Of a stretch of 64,000 bases of DNA, positions 27,651-37,702 are shown piece by piece. The notes below the pieces were generated by a model. The model was not told the origin of the DNA, made no database searches, and saw nothing but the letters and a program-made list of their open reading frames with translations. The position numbers and the translations under genes were made by a program. Within the stretch, counting starts at the first letter, position 1. Each line of letters begins with the position of its first letter. The stretch comes from Oscillospiraceae bacterium (lineage in GTDB: Bacteria > Bacillota > Clostridia > Oscillospirales > CAG-272): contig SVTQ01000004.1 of assembly GCA_015063695.1 (NCBI GenBank), forward strand, positions 3,784-67,783. Direction: 5' to 3'.

Positions 27651-29888
27651 TCATTTGATTGTTAGTTTCAAAGCTTCATCCGGTTTTACACTATAGGCGG
27701 TGATTATTGCGGTGCTGTTTTCAAAAGTAAATTTTGTTTCGTGAGTGGGACAAGAAACAGTCTTGACGGGGGAAGCATTTCTGATTTCGAAAGTTATGTT
27801 ACGGGAGGAAACCTCGCCGTCGAAGCCGTTGCCTTCTTTTTTGAGGGTTATTTCAATAAAGTTTTCCTTTTCCTCGTAGAAGATCCTTGTAAGTCTGTGT
27901 CCAACCTTTTCGCTTATTCCGTCATCTTCATAAAGAACACTTTCTCCATCAGCCCCGGCATAGATAACAACGGTGGGCTCTGTCAGCTTTTCACTTGTCA
28001 TTCTGCTTGTATAGGGTTGAGTTACTAAAGGAAATCCTGCTTTTGCAAAGAGGGGGAAGGTTTCAATGCCGTGTTCTACGGTGTATTCTCTACCGCCCTC
28101 GAAGCTTTCGCCGCTGAAAATATCGTACCATACCCCTTCGGGGAGCCACAAGGCTTTCTTTGCAACGTAGTTTTCATCCCCTGCAGAGCAAATGGGGGAA
28201 ACGAGAAGACCGTCGCCCAACAAATAGGTTGAAGGGTAATTATAGGAGTTTTCGTTTTGGGGTTCTTCGATATACAAAGGCTTCAGAAGGGGTAGCCCTT
28301 TTTCACAGCACTCGTAAGCCGAAGAATAAATATATGGGAAAAGTTTTGAACGAAGAGCGTATGATTTTTTCATGGACGAAGCAAAAGGCTCTGCCCACGT
28401 CCAAGGGCGTCTGTCCAGCCCTTCAACTCCGCACATATGAACACGGAGCGCGGGGCTCATTGCGCCGAACTGCACCCAACGGGCATAGACTTCACCCTGC
28501 CCTCCGGGCACGTCGTCCTGAAAACCGCCGATGTCGTGACTCCAGAAAAAGCATCCTGCGTTTCCTGCAGTAACTGTCATTTGCACCTGGAAATCAAGGG
28601 TCTCAAAAGAAGTAACCGTATCGCCCGAGAACCAGGCGGGATGTTTGTGGTCCCCGAAGCCGCCCCATCTGGAGAAGGACATACCGCGCCTTTTTGCTGT
28701 ACCTTTTTCGTCCTTTAGTTTTGCATTTTCATAGTATAGGTGGTTCAGCCATCTCAAATGGGAAAGACCCTTTATGCCGTTTACGTTGGGGTAGAGGTAG
28801 TCCTGTTGCCAGTCAAGCCAGCGAAATGCGATATCTTTTTCTTCCATTTCTCTGTTTGTAGCATCAAAAAACGCCTTCATATAACGGAAGTCTCCCGCAT
28901 TGAAACGGTAGTTAATATTTTTCTTTTTGGGATTTTCTTTTTCTCTTTCGGATATTCTCTCCGTAACGTCGGGAACAGTTTCTTTGTACCCTGCGGCGGA
29001 AAGCTTTTCTGCAAAAACGGCGAAGCACTCGTCTGCATCACGCACCCCGTCGCAGGGGTGATCGTTGAGAACTACGGAAACTCCCTTTTCCGAAAGGGAA
29101 TTAATAAGTCCGTCCGGATCGGGAATCAGTCTTCTGTTCCATGTGTAGCCTGTCCAGCCTAAGTTCTGCCCTGCGTGGCCGTAGCCGTAGAGATAGTAAG
29201 GCTCGCCGTGGGCGTGCCCCCAGTCCTGATAGTGCCAGTCCATATCAAAAACAAGAATGTCAAGGGGAAAACCGTTCTCTTCGTATTCATCGGCAATCTT
29301 CAAAAATTCTTCTGCCGTGTAGGGCCACCAACGGGAATACCATGACCCGAAAAAGTTCTTTCTCGGAAGGGGCGCTTTTCCCGAAACTGCGAAAAAGTCG
29401 GAAAAAGCCGCTTTATAATCGGCGCCGTAGGCAAAAAGATAAAAATCGTGAAGGTGTTTTTCACTTCTGTTTTTTGCCCAGCCGTCCCAAAGGACGGGAC
29501 TGCAGGAATCGTCTATTACCTGCCAACCGTCACGGGAAAGAAGTCCGTCGGGAACTTCTCTGAAACCCGAAACTCCGTCAAGAGTATGAAGGGTTCCTTT
29601 TAAGTTTTCTTTGTTTTTGTCGCCATAGTGCCAACGGCAAGACGTTCCGCCTGCGTGAATATCAGCATAAAGAGTATCGCGAGAAAACTCTCCGCCGTGA
29701 TAGTAAAGAGTAAGCTTTTCCGTCTTAACGGTCAGAATTTCACTGTCCGTTACCTCTGCATCACATTCAACACCGCGAAGGGCAAAGAGAGTGGGTGCAT
29801 CCTCAAAGACACCGTCTTTGGCATATTCAATTCTGACAGCCCCCTCGGTTATAACCGTAAATCGGGCATTACCTTTTACAATTTTCAT
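27651..29888 (-). CDS. glycoside hydrolase family 31 (alpha-glucosidase/alpha-xylosidase-like)
   Basis: 745 aa. N-terminal RFTVITEGAVRIEY beta-sandwich, ILVFDMDWH and FFWSHDIGGF catalytic-region motifs, and a C-terminal beta-sandwich. Confidence 0.8.
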   Translation of the reverse strand: MKIVKGNARFTVITEGAVRIEYAKDGVFEDAPTLFALRGVECDAEVTDSEILTVKTEKLTLYYHGGEFSRDTLYADIHAGGTSCRWHYGDKNKENLKGTLHTLDGVSGFREVPDGLLSRDGWQVIDDSCSPVLWDGWAKNRSEKHLHDFYLFAYGADYKAAFSDFFAVSGKAPLPRKNFFGSWYSRWWPYTAEEFLKIADEYEENGFPLDILVFDMDWHYQDWGHAHGEPYYLYGYGHAGQNLGWTGYTWNRRLIPDPDGLINSLSEKGVSVVLNDHPCDGVRDADECFAVFAEKLSAAGYKETVPDVTERISEREKENPKKKNINYRFNAGDFRYMKAFFDATNREMEEKDIAFRWLDWQQDYLYPNVNGIKGLSHLRWLNHLYYENAKLKDEKGTAKRRGMSFSRWGGFGDHKHPAWFSGDTVTSFETLDFQVQMTVTAGNAGCFFWSHDIGGFQDDVPGGQGEVYARWVQFGAMSPALRVHMCGVEGLDRRPWTWAEPFASSMKKSYALRSKLFPYIYSSAYECCEKGLPLLKPLYIEEPQNENSYNYPSTYLLGDGLLVSPICSAGDENYVAKKALWLPEGVWYDIFSGESFEGGREYTVEHGIETFPLFAKAGFPLVTQPYTSRMTSEKLTEPTVVIYAGADGESVLYEDDGISEKVGHRLTRIFYEEKENFIEITLKKEGNGFDGEVSSRNITFEIRNASPVKTVSCPTHETKFTFENSTAIITAYSVKPDEALKLTIK

Positions 29889-29974
29889 ATTTCCCTCTAA
29901 AAATGTTTTCTGTTTTAATGGTATACTATTTTTCTCTGTTAGTCAACGAATTTTTATAACATAACCCAAACAAA

Positions 29975-30092
29975 CGGGACGTCGAAGCGCGTCCCCTACG
30001 AAATAAGATGAAAACTCCTGCTTGTGATATAAATAAAAAATAGGCTCTATGCAGTACAACCACGTTTTGGTGTACCAACATAGAGCCGTTTT
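29975..30092 (+). repeat. 118-bp direct repeat, copy A (flanks the Fic cassette)
   Basis: CGGGACGTCGAAGCGCGTCCCCTACGAAATAAGATGAAAACT...AGGCTCTATGCAGTACAACCACGTTTTGGTGTACCAACATAGAGCC; about 90 percent identical by eye to 31355..31472. Confidence 0.85.
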
Positions 30093-30099
30093 TCGGTTT

Positions 30100-31206
30100 T
30101 TACGAGTTTGAAATTTTGGAAACTATCTCTTTTTTATTCTTTTTTGTGAATTCACTTAATGAATATGAACGAACCCTCTCTTTTACAATATTAGGAATTA
30201 AAAATCCATTCGCTGTGAGTTTAACACAACGGTTAATAATTGTTTTGTTGGTGACACCGAATTTTTTACTCACTTCAATTGGAGTGAATTCAAACAAATG
30301 ATTATTAATAAGAAATAACAAAAGTCCTTTTTCTTTTTCGTTCAGATATGACAAACTACCGTCCAATTCATCAGCGGTTGAGTTCCTTGACAGCTCGCAG
30401 ACCTTTTTTGAGTAAAGTTCCATCATACGAAGGAAATAGTTTATCCAGATTTCAGGGTGAGGCGGATTCTCTCTGCCCGAATAATACAATGCCGGCAAGC
30501 CCATTTGAAGCGATGCATAGTATTCGTCGGAATCATATGCGAAATACTCTTCAAGAGAACCGATACCGCCAAAACCGTAACCGTAAAAATCAAGAACGTA
30601 TCCCGACATCAGTCGTGCTGTTCGACCATTGCCATCTTCAAAAGGATGAATAGTAACCAACTGATAGTGAACGACCGCAGCAATAATAAGAGGATGATCA
30701 TCTGTTGTATTTACATATTCTACGAGTTCATCAATAAGTCCGGGAAGCTCGCTGTACTCGGGCGGTATATATTCAGGGGGACCGCTTTCCGAGTCATATA
30801 CGGCAAATAATACCCCCGGAGGCATTGCGCCTCTGAGTCCGATCTTTTCTTTTGAGGCTCCTTTTTCAACCATTGCCTGAACTTCAAGCAGCAGCTTTTT
30901 GGAAAACGGTTCTTTTGCTTTGAGTTTTTCTTCAAGCAAGTTAAGGGCGAGAAAATAATTTCTCACTTCCTGTTCCGGTTTCAGAAAATGTTTATGTGCA
31001 TCGCTTTCCATTGCCTCGTTTGCTTGTTCCTCTGTTAATGGATTTCCTTCAATTTTATTGGAGGCATACGAACTTTTCTTTTTGGAATTTTTTCTGAGCC
31101 TGTTTTTAGTAAGTTGAGGAACTTCAATCGTTTTAAAAGAAAAGCGGTTTTCATCAATAGCAGATATCTTTTTTAATATATCGTTTGTTAACGTAACCTT
31201 TATCAT
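30100..31206 (-). CDS. Fic-family protein (AMPylase-type) with C-terminal wHTH
   Basis: 368 aa. Active-site HPFEDGNGRTARL, N-terminal inhibitory-helix motif SNKIEGN (S-x3-E-G), and a C-terminal HTH-like segment (KFGVTNKTIINRCVKLTANGFL). Confidence 0.9.
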   Translation of the reverse strand: MIKVTLTNDILKKISAIDENRFSFKTIEVPQLTKNRLRKNSKKKSSYASNKIEGNPLTEEQANEAMESDAHKHFLKPEQEVRNYFLALNLLEEKLKAKEPFSKKLLLEVQAMVEKGASKEKIGLRGAMPPGVLFAVYDSESGPPEYIPPEYSELPGLIDELVEYVNTTDDHPLIIAAVVHYQLVTIHPFEDGNGRTARLMSGYVLDFYGYGFGGIGSLEEYFAYDSDEYYASLQMGLPALYYSGRENPPHPEIWINYFLRMMELYSKKVCELSRNSTADELDGSLSYLNEKEKGLLLFLINNHLFEFTPIEVSKKFGVTNKTIINRCVKLTANGFLIPNIVKERVRSYSLSEFTKKNKKEIVSKISNS

Positions 31207-31354
31207 AACACCATCCCCTTGCGTTTACTAATTATATTATATCATAATGAAACGAAAAATTCCATTATTTTTACACTATTTTTACACTATTTTTCATTAA
31301 GAAACGAAACCAGATCAGAGGACATGTTCCTTGATCGACCGAAATCTCACGTAA

Positions 31355-31472
31355 TCGGGACGTCGAGGCGCCGTCCCCTACGAAATAAGATGAAAACTAC
31401 TGCTGTTATATAAATAAAAAATAGGCTCTGTGCAGTACGACCACGTTTTGGTGTGCCAACATAGAGCCGTTT
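31355..31472 (+). repeat. 118-bp direct repeat, copy B
   Basis: Same two-hairpin element as 29975..30092, in the same orientation. Confidence 0.85.
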
Positions 31473-31494
31473 ATTTTTATAATATTTCTGTTTG

Positions 31495-31561
31495 TTCCCC
31501 TTTTCCCGTTTAAAAGTTTTAAAGGGGGTCAAAGGGGGAAACTTTTTCAAAAGTTTCCCCC
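31495..31561 (-). terminator. intrinsic terminator; member of the dual-hairpin repeat family (minus orientation)
   Basis: On the minus strand, GGGGGAAACTTTTGAAAAAGTTTCCCCC then TTTGACCCCCTTTAAAACTTTTAAAC, directly downstream of the aminotransferase stop. Confidence 0.6.
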
Positions 31562-31570
31562 TTAATACTC

Positions 31571-32857
31571 TTATTCAAATGATTTCAGGTACTTTTCGCA
31601 GGCTGCCTTTTTGATACAGAGGCAGAGTATCTCAACTGCCATCTGAAGCTCCTCGTTGTCGGGGAAGGTAGGCGCAATTCTGAGGTTTCTGTCTCTGGGG
31701 TCACGTCCGTAGGGGAAGGTTGCGCCTGCAGGAGTGAGGGACACGCCGTTTTTCATGGCCAGTCTGTAAACTCTTCTTGCAAGACCATCTTCAACGTTAA
31801 GGCTGATGAAGTAACCGCCCTTGGGCTCGTTCCATTCGGCAATACCGAGACCTTCAAGCTCACGCTTAAAGATACTTGTTACGATATCAAATTTGGGCTT
31901 GATTATCTGCGCGTGACGCTTCATGTGTGCATGAATGCCTTCCGCATTCTTGAAATACTTAACGTGACGCATCTGGTTTATCTTATCGTAACCGATGGTC
32001 TGTGTGCCGAGGATGGGCTTTATATGCTCAATGTTCTTTTCACTTGCCGCCATGATAGCAACACCGGAACCGGGGTAGGATATCTTGGAGGTTGAAGCAA
32101 AATAGAAGATCTGATCCTGTGTTCCGTACTTTTCAGCCGCCTTGAAGATGTTCATGAGCTCAACCTTTTCGTCGGTGAGTTCGTGCACACAATAAGCATT
32201 ATCCCAGAAAATTCTGAAGTCGGGAGCCGCAGGGCGGAGAGCCGCGAACTGTTCAACTACTTCATCGGAATAGGTGATGCCCTCGGGATTGGAGAACTTG
32301 GGAACACACCATATACCCTTAACCGCAGGGCTGGAGCAGGCAATTTCGTTTACCGCATCCATATTGGGACCGTCGGGAGTCATTTCAACGGGAATGAGCT
32401 CAATACCGAGCTTCTGACAGATAGCAAAATGTCTGTCATATCCGGGGCTGGGACAGATAAACTTGATTCTACCCTGACGGCCCCAAGGCTCGTAACCGCC
32501 TGCAACACCGAAGAGCATTGCGCGGACGATAGTGTCAAACATAACATTCAGAGAGGAGTTGCCGAGAACCATGATGCGCTCGGGGGGAATATCAAGAAGG
32601 TCGGAGAAGAGCTTCTTTGTTTCGGGCAGACCGTCAAGAATACCGTAGTTTCTGCAGTCGAGACCGTTTTCGGAGAAGCAGTCCTCGCGGGTAGAGATAA
32701 CGCTGAGCATATCTGTAGTCAGGTCAAGCTGAGCCTGACCGGGCTTACCTCTTGTAAGGTCAAGATGAAGATCTCGCGCTTCCCATTCTTTGAGAGCGGC
32801 ATTGACTTCGTCATAATAGTTTAAAAGCTGTTCCTTAGAAAAGTTGCGAAGTTCCAT
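31571..32857 (-). CDS. class I/II-fold PLP-dependent aminotransferase
   Basis: The PLP-lysine context ASTSKISYPGSG fits the fold. I prefer the ATG at 32857 (MELRNFSKEQ), with GAAAGGA upstream, over the track start at 32908. Confidence 0.75.
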   Translation of the reverse strand: MELRNFSKEQLLNYYDEVNAALKEWEARDLHLDLTRGKPGQAQLDLTTDMLSVISTREDCFSENGLDCRNYGILDGLPETKKLFSDLLDIPPERIMVLGNSSLNVMFDTIVRAMLFGVAGGYEPWGRQGRIKFICPSPGYDRHFAICQKLGIELIPVEMTPDGPNMDAVNEIACSSPAVKGIWCVPKFSNPEGITYSDEVVEQFAALRPAAPDFRIFWDNAYCVHELTDEKVELMNIFKAAEKYGTQDQIFYFASTSKISYPGSGVAIMAASEKNIEHIKPILGTQTIGYDKINQMRHVKYFKNAEGIHAHMKRHAQIIKPKFDIVTSIFKRELEGLGIAEWNEPKGGYFISLNVEDGLARRVYRLAMKNGVSLTPAGATFPYGRDPRDRNLRIAPTFPDNEELQMAVEILCLCIKKAACEKYLKSFE

Positions 32858-33028
32858 TTTTTCATGTCCTTTCGACAATTTTTGAAATATTTTCTCTAAA
32901 AATTGCAAAAAATATTTGCTATCAGCAGATATTATACCATATATTGCCTCAAATTACAAGTGTTATATGGAATTCTTTCAAAATTATTCCGAGATGCAAA
33001 AAAGAAAGACCTCTCCCGAGGCCTTTCT

Positions 33029-33748
33029 TCAGCTCTTAAGCATACTTATTATATAATCTATACCGTAAAGCACCGCAAGATGTGCAGGATAATAAATATA
33101 GAAAAAGCTTTTGAGAGGCAGCTTTCCCCTCTCTCCGTTATAGAAAAGAACGATAAGAACGGAAAGGATGCAGAAATACTGCCTTCCCCCGAAATCAAGA
33201 CTGATGAGAAGGCAGCCTATCGCCATGGCGAGAAGCTTCAGAACTCTGTTCGGCGCTATATAAATAAGAAACGGAAGGAAAATTCCGAAAACGCCGCCGT
33301 CAAAGCTTATTCTCACGGGGAGAAGTAGATTAAGACCGAAGAGGATGAACCAGACGCCAAAGGCGGCAGTGAAGATAACGAGAGCCGCCGCGGCAACGTT
33401 CTTCTTCATAAGGTTCGCCTTCACACTGTCCCAAGCCATGCAAAGTGAGACGGCTATGGAAAAGGTGATAAAGACGTTGAAGAAAAGATCCTTTTCAAAA
33501 ATCACGTAAACGATTTGAAAAGCTGAGCCGAGAAGAAAAAGTCTCAAAAGATATTTTTTTCTGTTTCTTGTGTGGATACAGCCCTCGCTTATCATGTAGG
33601 CGAAAAGGGGCATTGAAAGTCTGCCTATTATGCGAAGTATTCTATACTGCGGAAAAAGAAGCATTCCCACGTGGTCAACCGTCATGAGTATCAGCGCGAT
33701 AAGCTTTACCGCATTTGAAGAAAGAAATGCAAATGGAGGATTTTTCAC
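33029..33748 (-). CDS. TraX-family membrane protein
   Basis: 239 aa, polytopic. LKLIALILMTVDHVG N-terminal signature. GTG start with an AAGGAG RBS. Confidence 0.75.
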   Translation of the reverse strand: MKNPPFAFLSSNAVKLIALILMTVDHVGMLLFPQYRILRIIGRLSMPLFAYMISEGCIHTRNRKKYLLRLFLLGSAFQIVYVIFEKDLFFNVFITFSIAVSLCMAWDSVKANLMKKNVAAAALVIFTAAFGVWFILFGLNLLLPVRISFDGGVFGIFLPFLIYIAPNRVLKLLAMAIGCLLISLDFGGRQYFCILSVLIVLFYNGERGKLPLKSFFYIYYPAHLAVLYGIDYIISMLKS

Positions 33749-33760
33749 TTTACTCTCCTT

Positions 33761-35032
33761 TTATCTCTGACTCTTCAAAACGTAATCGCTTTCGTACTCA
33801 ACGCCCATATGATGTCTGTAATTATTGATGGTATCAAGAACAGTGTGCCACTTGTCGTCTGACTTTGCGCAGACCTGAATATATTCCTTGCCTGTTTCAA
33901 CTACCTTTGCGGCGGTAACAAGACACTGACCTGCTTCGCCGGTATATCCCGTCTTACCTGCGAACATGCTTATCTTGTCGTCATACTCGTCCTCTCCGTG
34001 AATTCTTGAGAAGGTCGTGCTGTAAATGGTAATTCCGTCGGGATGGGCCTCTGTCTTAGAAGTCGTGTATTCGTATGTACCGAGAACCTTTCTCACAAGC
34101 TCATTTTCAAGGGCTGCCCTCATTATTACCGCCATATCGTGGCAAGTCGTGTAGTGGTTATCGTCGTGAAGCCCACTGGCATTAGCGAAGTGAGTGTTTT
34201 CAAGACCTAACTCTTCGCATTTTTTATTCATAAGCTTTGCAAACTCTTCCTCGCTTCCCGAAATGGTGATAGCGGCAGTGCCCGTTGCATCGGCTCCCGA
34301 GGGAAGGATAATTCCGTAAAGAACGTCTTCTACAGTTACCTTCTCATTGGGGAAAAAGCCTGCAACGGTTGCATTTGCTCTGTAAAGAGGGTCGATAATT
34401 TCCGCGGGAACGGTAAGAACCTCGGTGAGGTCTTCAAAATGCTCAGCCGTTATAAGAGCTGTCATAACCTTTGTCATTGATGCGGGGAAAATCTTTTCAT
34501 CGCCGCCCTTTTCAGCAACGACGGTCCAGTTCTCAACGTCGATCAATATACAGTTCTGAGAATAGATGCCGTCAAGAGTTACCGTGTTCTCGGTTCTCGA
34601 AGCGTACACGGGAACAGGTTCGGGCTCGGGCTCTGGCTCTTCAACGATGGGTGTTGTTGCCTCGATGTCGGGTGTTTCGGGGTCGGGAAGTTGAGGAACC
34701 TTAACGGTTTTGGGCGACAAAATGATTATAAGGAAGAACACAACAAGCACGATGGCAAAAGCCGCAATAATTATCTGTGTACTGCGCTTTTTCGCATAAG
34801 GGTTATCGTAGGTTCTGATGCCGGGACGGGGAGCGTTTCTCCCCCCGCCATTGTAAGGTGCTCTTCCTCTGTTCGGGTATCCGCTCTGAGAACGGGGTGC
34901 ATTTCCACGGGGAGCTTGTCCGCCGCCTTGACGGTACTGTCCGTTATATGCGCCGCTGTTTCCTCTTTGCTGAGTGGACGCGGGACGCGAGCTTCTGCCC
35001 GCGCCGTTATATTGATAATCACGGTTATTCAT
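33761..35032 (-). CDS. D-alanyl-D-alanine carboxypeptidase (peptidase S11-like) with a disordered N-terminal tail
   Basis: 423 aa. SxxK (ASMTKVM) and KTG (GKTGYT) motifs, and a TM anchor (IIIAAFAIVLVVFFLIIIL) preceded by an ~85-aa R/G/N/Q/Y-rich segment. Confidence 0.85.
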   Translation of the reverse strand: MNNRDYQYNGAGRSSRPASTQQRGNSGAYNGQYRQGGGQAPRGNAPRSQSGYPNRGRAPYNGGGRNAPRPGIRTYDNPYAKKRSTQIIIAAFAIVLVVFFLIIILSPKTVKVPQLPDPETPDIEATTPIVEEPEPEPEPVPVYASRTENTVTLDGIYSQNCILIDVENWTVVAEKGGDEKIFPASMTKVMTALITAEHFEDLTEVLTVPAEIIDPLYRANATVAGFFPNEKVTVEDVLYGIILPSGADATGTAAITISGSEEEFAKLMNKKCEELGLENTHFANASGLHDDNHYTTCHDMAVIMRAALENELVRKVLGTYEYTTSKTEAHPDGITIYSTTFSRIHGEDEYDDKISMFAGKTGYTGEAGQCLVTAAKVVETGKEYIQVCAKSDDKWHTVLDTINNYRHHMGVEYESDYVLKSQR

Positions 35033-35197
35033 CTGTTTTTCTCCGTAAACGTATAAATACTTATCCTATTTTATCATTTTACCAAAAATCTTTGCCACTG
35101 TCACCCCTTGGGACGATTTTTTAAAATTTTAGTCAAGTATTTTTACACTTTGCACAAAGATAACAGTTTTGTCTTATAAATTATAACTAAGAGCTTT

Positions 35198-37702
35198 TTA
35201 TGCGGCACCTGCGCACCTTATGACCCCCACGGTCGCATCATCAAATCGGCTGTCTGCCAGATGCTCTCTTGCAGTTCTCAGTATTTCCTTTGCCGCCTCT
35301 GGCGGAGCGGAGGAAAGCTTGCCTGACGTGCAGAGAATATCGTAAAGCCACGCGCTGTTTTCCTCATCACCCAGAATTCCGTCGGAAAGCATTATTACGT
35401 AGTCGCCCTCTTCAAGGGTAAACGCCACACTTCCCGCTCTCGCCTCCTTAAGTATGCCGACGGGAGTCGTGGTACATTCCATTCTGAAAAGCTTGTTCCC
35501 TCTAAGAACAAAGGAAGGCGCCGCGCCGCTTTTTATAAACTCCGCCTTACCCGTATAAGGGTCGGCAATAAACAGATCAACCGTTGAAAAACATTCTATC
35601 CTCCTTTCCGAGGTGAAATTATTAAGCAGCTTGAGAGCTGTTTCTACGGGACAGCCTGCCGTCAGCATTCTTTCAAGGAAAATGGTGCTTACTCTTGCGG
35701 TAAGCGCCGCCTCTCTGCCGCTTCCCATGCCGTCACAGATAAGCATACAGTATTTTCCGTCGGGAAGCGCAAAAGAACAGACCGCGTCCCCGTTCACCTC
35801 GGGCCCCCCTGCCCTTTCGCTGAAATGGCCGTACCTGAAGGCAAACTTTTTTCTGCTCTCCATATAGAGATTAAGTCTGTCATAATCAACGGACATTCTC
35901 GGCTCCGTCATAGGCGCGCTCACGCACTCCTCTGCAAGCCGTCGTATATCATCACTGCCGAGGGAAAGATCCTTTACCGTCAGCCCCCTCACCATGACAC
36001 GGGGTCTCTCCCTGCCGTAAACACTTACCTTCTCTCCGACAATACCGTTTTTCTCAAAAACCTCCTTTACCTTCTCTGTAAGATCTTCATTTTTCTCCTC
36101 CTCGGGCTCTTTCCTGCACACAGTTTCCTTTATCAGAGCCGCAAGACTTCCGTAATCCTCGGCAATAACTGCAGTCTTATCCGTTTTGAGTGCCTCGGAA
36201 TAAAATTTCCCATACTCTCGGTTAATACTATCTGCTATAAGGTCGATAGACGGGCATCCCTTTTTCATGGTGTCGGGAAAGGTGTCAATGGTGACCCTTC
36301 CTCTGAGCCTTAAAGACTCGGAAACATCCCTTATAAGCCTTCCGTCGTGAAAACTCTCTCTTGCGTGGCAGAGCTTCTTTTTGGAACAAGTGCCGCAACA
36401 CTCACTGAAAGCGGCACTGCATATATCATCGCAGTCCAAGGATGTCGGAAGTCTGAGCCTTGCGGAAAGTCCGCCGAGAACTTTTGAAATATGGCTGAGA
36501 GCGGAGCTTATTTTTTTTATTTTTTCCGTGTCATCGTATCCGCTTTTTCTGAAGGCTATCTCTTCTCCCACAGGCTCCGCTTCTGCCTTGACAAAGAGCT
36601 CTACCTTTTCGGGAAGAAGTCTGAAATATGCAAGGGGATAAAAAATACCTGCCGCAAGGAGTATTTCGGGCATTGCGGTGGAAAAAGCGGCGATACCGTC
36701 AGCATAAAGTGCCCAGCTTATGCCGAGAGCGGCAGCAGAAACAGAAGCTATTCCAGGGGAAAAACAATAAAGCGCTCCGCAGGCTGCCGCCGCCACCGCA
36801 TACATCGGCGCAAAAGCAGGCTCCATCGCCATTCCCGAAAACAATCCGAAAAGAATACCGTCCGAGATACCAAATCCCACAGAGACCCACATGGAGAGCA
36901 AGAATGCAAGCACTACTCCTACGTTCATTCCGCCGAAAGTAAAGGGGGAGACCGCGAGAAAAAATGCAAAGCCGAAAACCGCCGCACCTGCCTTCCGAAG
37001 TCCTACTGCCTGCTTTCCGTCGCTGACCGAGGAAAAGGCAAAAGTCAGAAGGGGTATGATTACCGCCGTAAAAACAGATGCAAATACATCATACCAGAGA
37101 TTTCCCTCTATAAGTATCATGCCGAGGCCCACGGTAAGGGCTCCCCCAAGTGCGCAGAGCATTTTTACGCTTCCTGCCGTCGAAAAGGCATTTCTTGCCG
37201 CGCGCTTTATGCCCGTCCCCTTTGCAAGCGCAAAATATGTACCCTCGTCCAAAGGACTGTCGCGAACTGAACCCGAGAACCCTTTATAAACGGGAATATG
37301 GTAGGTCTTTACAAGCCCAAAGGTTCCAAGGGCGAGTCTGACAAAATATACGGAAAGCACTGCCGCCCCGTAAAGAAGAAGGCTTTCCTCCATAAAAAAC
37401 AGTCCAAACAGCGCTCCGACAAGTGCCGCCGTTGCAGTTCCAAATCGGTTCATGGCACATATTAGGGCTATGCCGAAAGGGTAAACTCCTGCCATAAGCG
37501 GCACCGAGGACACAAGAAGCGAAAAGGAGAATACCGAGGACGTCACAAGTATTTCTTTTATCTTCCCCATATGTACGTTTTTTACGGTTTCAAGAAGCCT
37601 TGAGGTTTTATCAAAAAAATTCCTCACTCCTTCAAAGCGCTTTTGTCCCGACGGTTTCACCTCTATGCTCTCCGCAAAAGCTTTGTCGATCTTTCTATCC
37701 AT
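35198..37702 (-). CDS. spoIIE: stage II sporulation protein E (PP2C phosphatase)
   Basis: 834 aa. About 10 N-terminal TM helices, a central domain, and a C-terminal PP2C domain (MLICDGMGSG ... VIMLSDGI). Confidence 0.9.
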   Translation of the reverse strand: MDRKIDKAFAESIEVKPSGQKRFEGVRNFFDKTSRLLETVKNVHMGKIKEILVTSSVFSFSLLVSSVPLMAGVYPFGIALICAMNRFGTATAALVGALFGLFFMEESLLLYGAAVLSVYFVRLALGTFGLVKTYHIPVYKGFSGSVRDSPLDEGTYFALAKGTGIKRAARNAFSTAGSVKMLCALGGALTVGLGMILIEGNLWYDVFASVFTAVIIPLLTFAFSSVSDGKQAVGLRKAGAAVFGFAFFLAVSPFTFGGMNVGVVLAFLLSMWVSVGFGISDGILFGLFSGMAMEPAFAPMYAVAAAACGALYCFSPGIASVSAAALGISWALYADGIAAFSTAMPEILLAAGIFYPLAYFRLLPEKVELFVKAEAEPVGEEIAFRKSGYDDTEKIKKISSALSHISKVLGGLSARLRLPTSLDCDDICSAAFSECCGTCSKKKLCHARESFHDGRLIRDVSESLRLRGRVTIDTFPDTMKKGCPSIDLIADSINREYGKFYSEALKTDKTAVIAEDYGSLAALIKETVCRKEPEEEKNEDLTEKVKEVFEKNGIVGEKVSVYGRERPRVMVRGLTVKDLSLGSDDIRRLAEECVSAPMTEPRMSVDYDRLNLYMESRKKFAFRYGHFSERAGGPEVNGDAVCSFALPDGKYCMLICDGMGSGREAALTARVSTIFLERMLTAGCPVETALKLLNNFTSERRIECFSTVDLFIADPYTGKAEFIKSGAAPSFVLRGNKLFRMECTTTPVGILKEARAGSVAFTLEEGDYVIMLSDGILGDEENSAWLYDILCTSGKLSSAPPEAAKEILRTAREHLADSRFDDATVGVIRCAGAA

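Noticed and set aside
36491-37270. 259-aa plus-strand ORF, together with 35825..36313 and 36891..37289
   Set aside because: All are antisense to spoIIE, whose membrane and PP2C domains are clearly recognisable. The products are basic low-complexity sequences.
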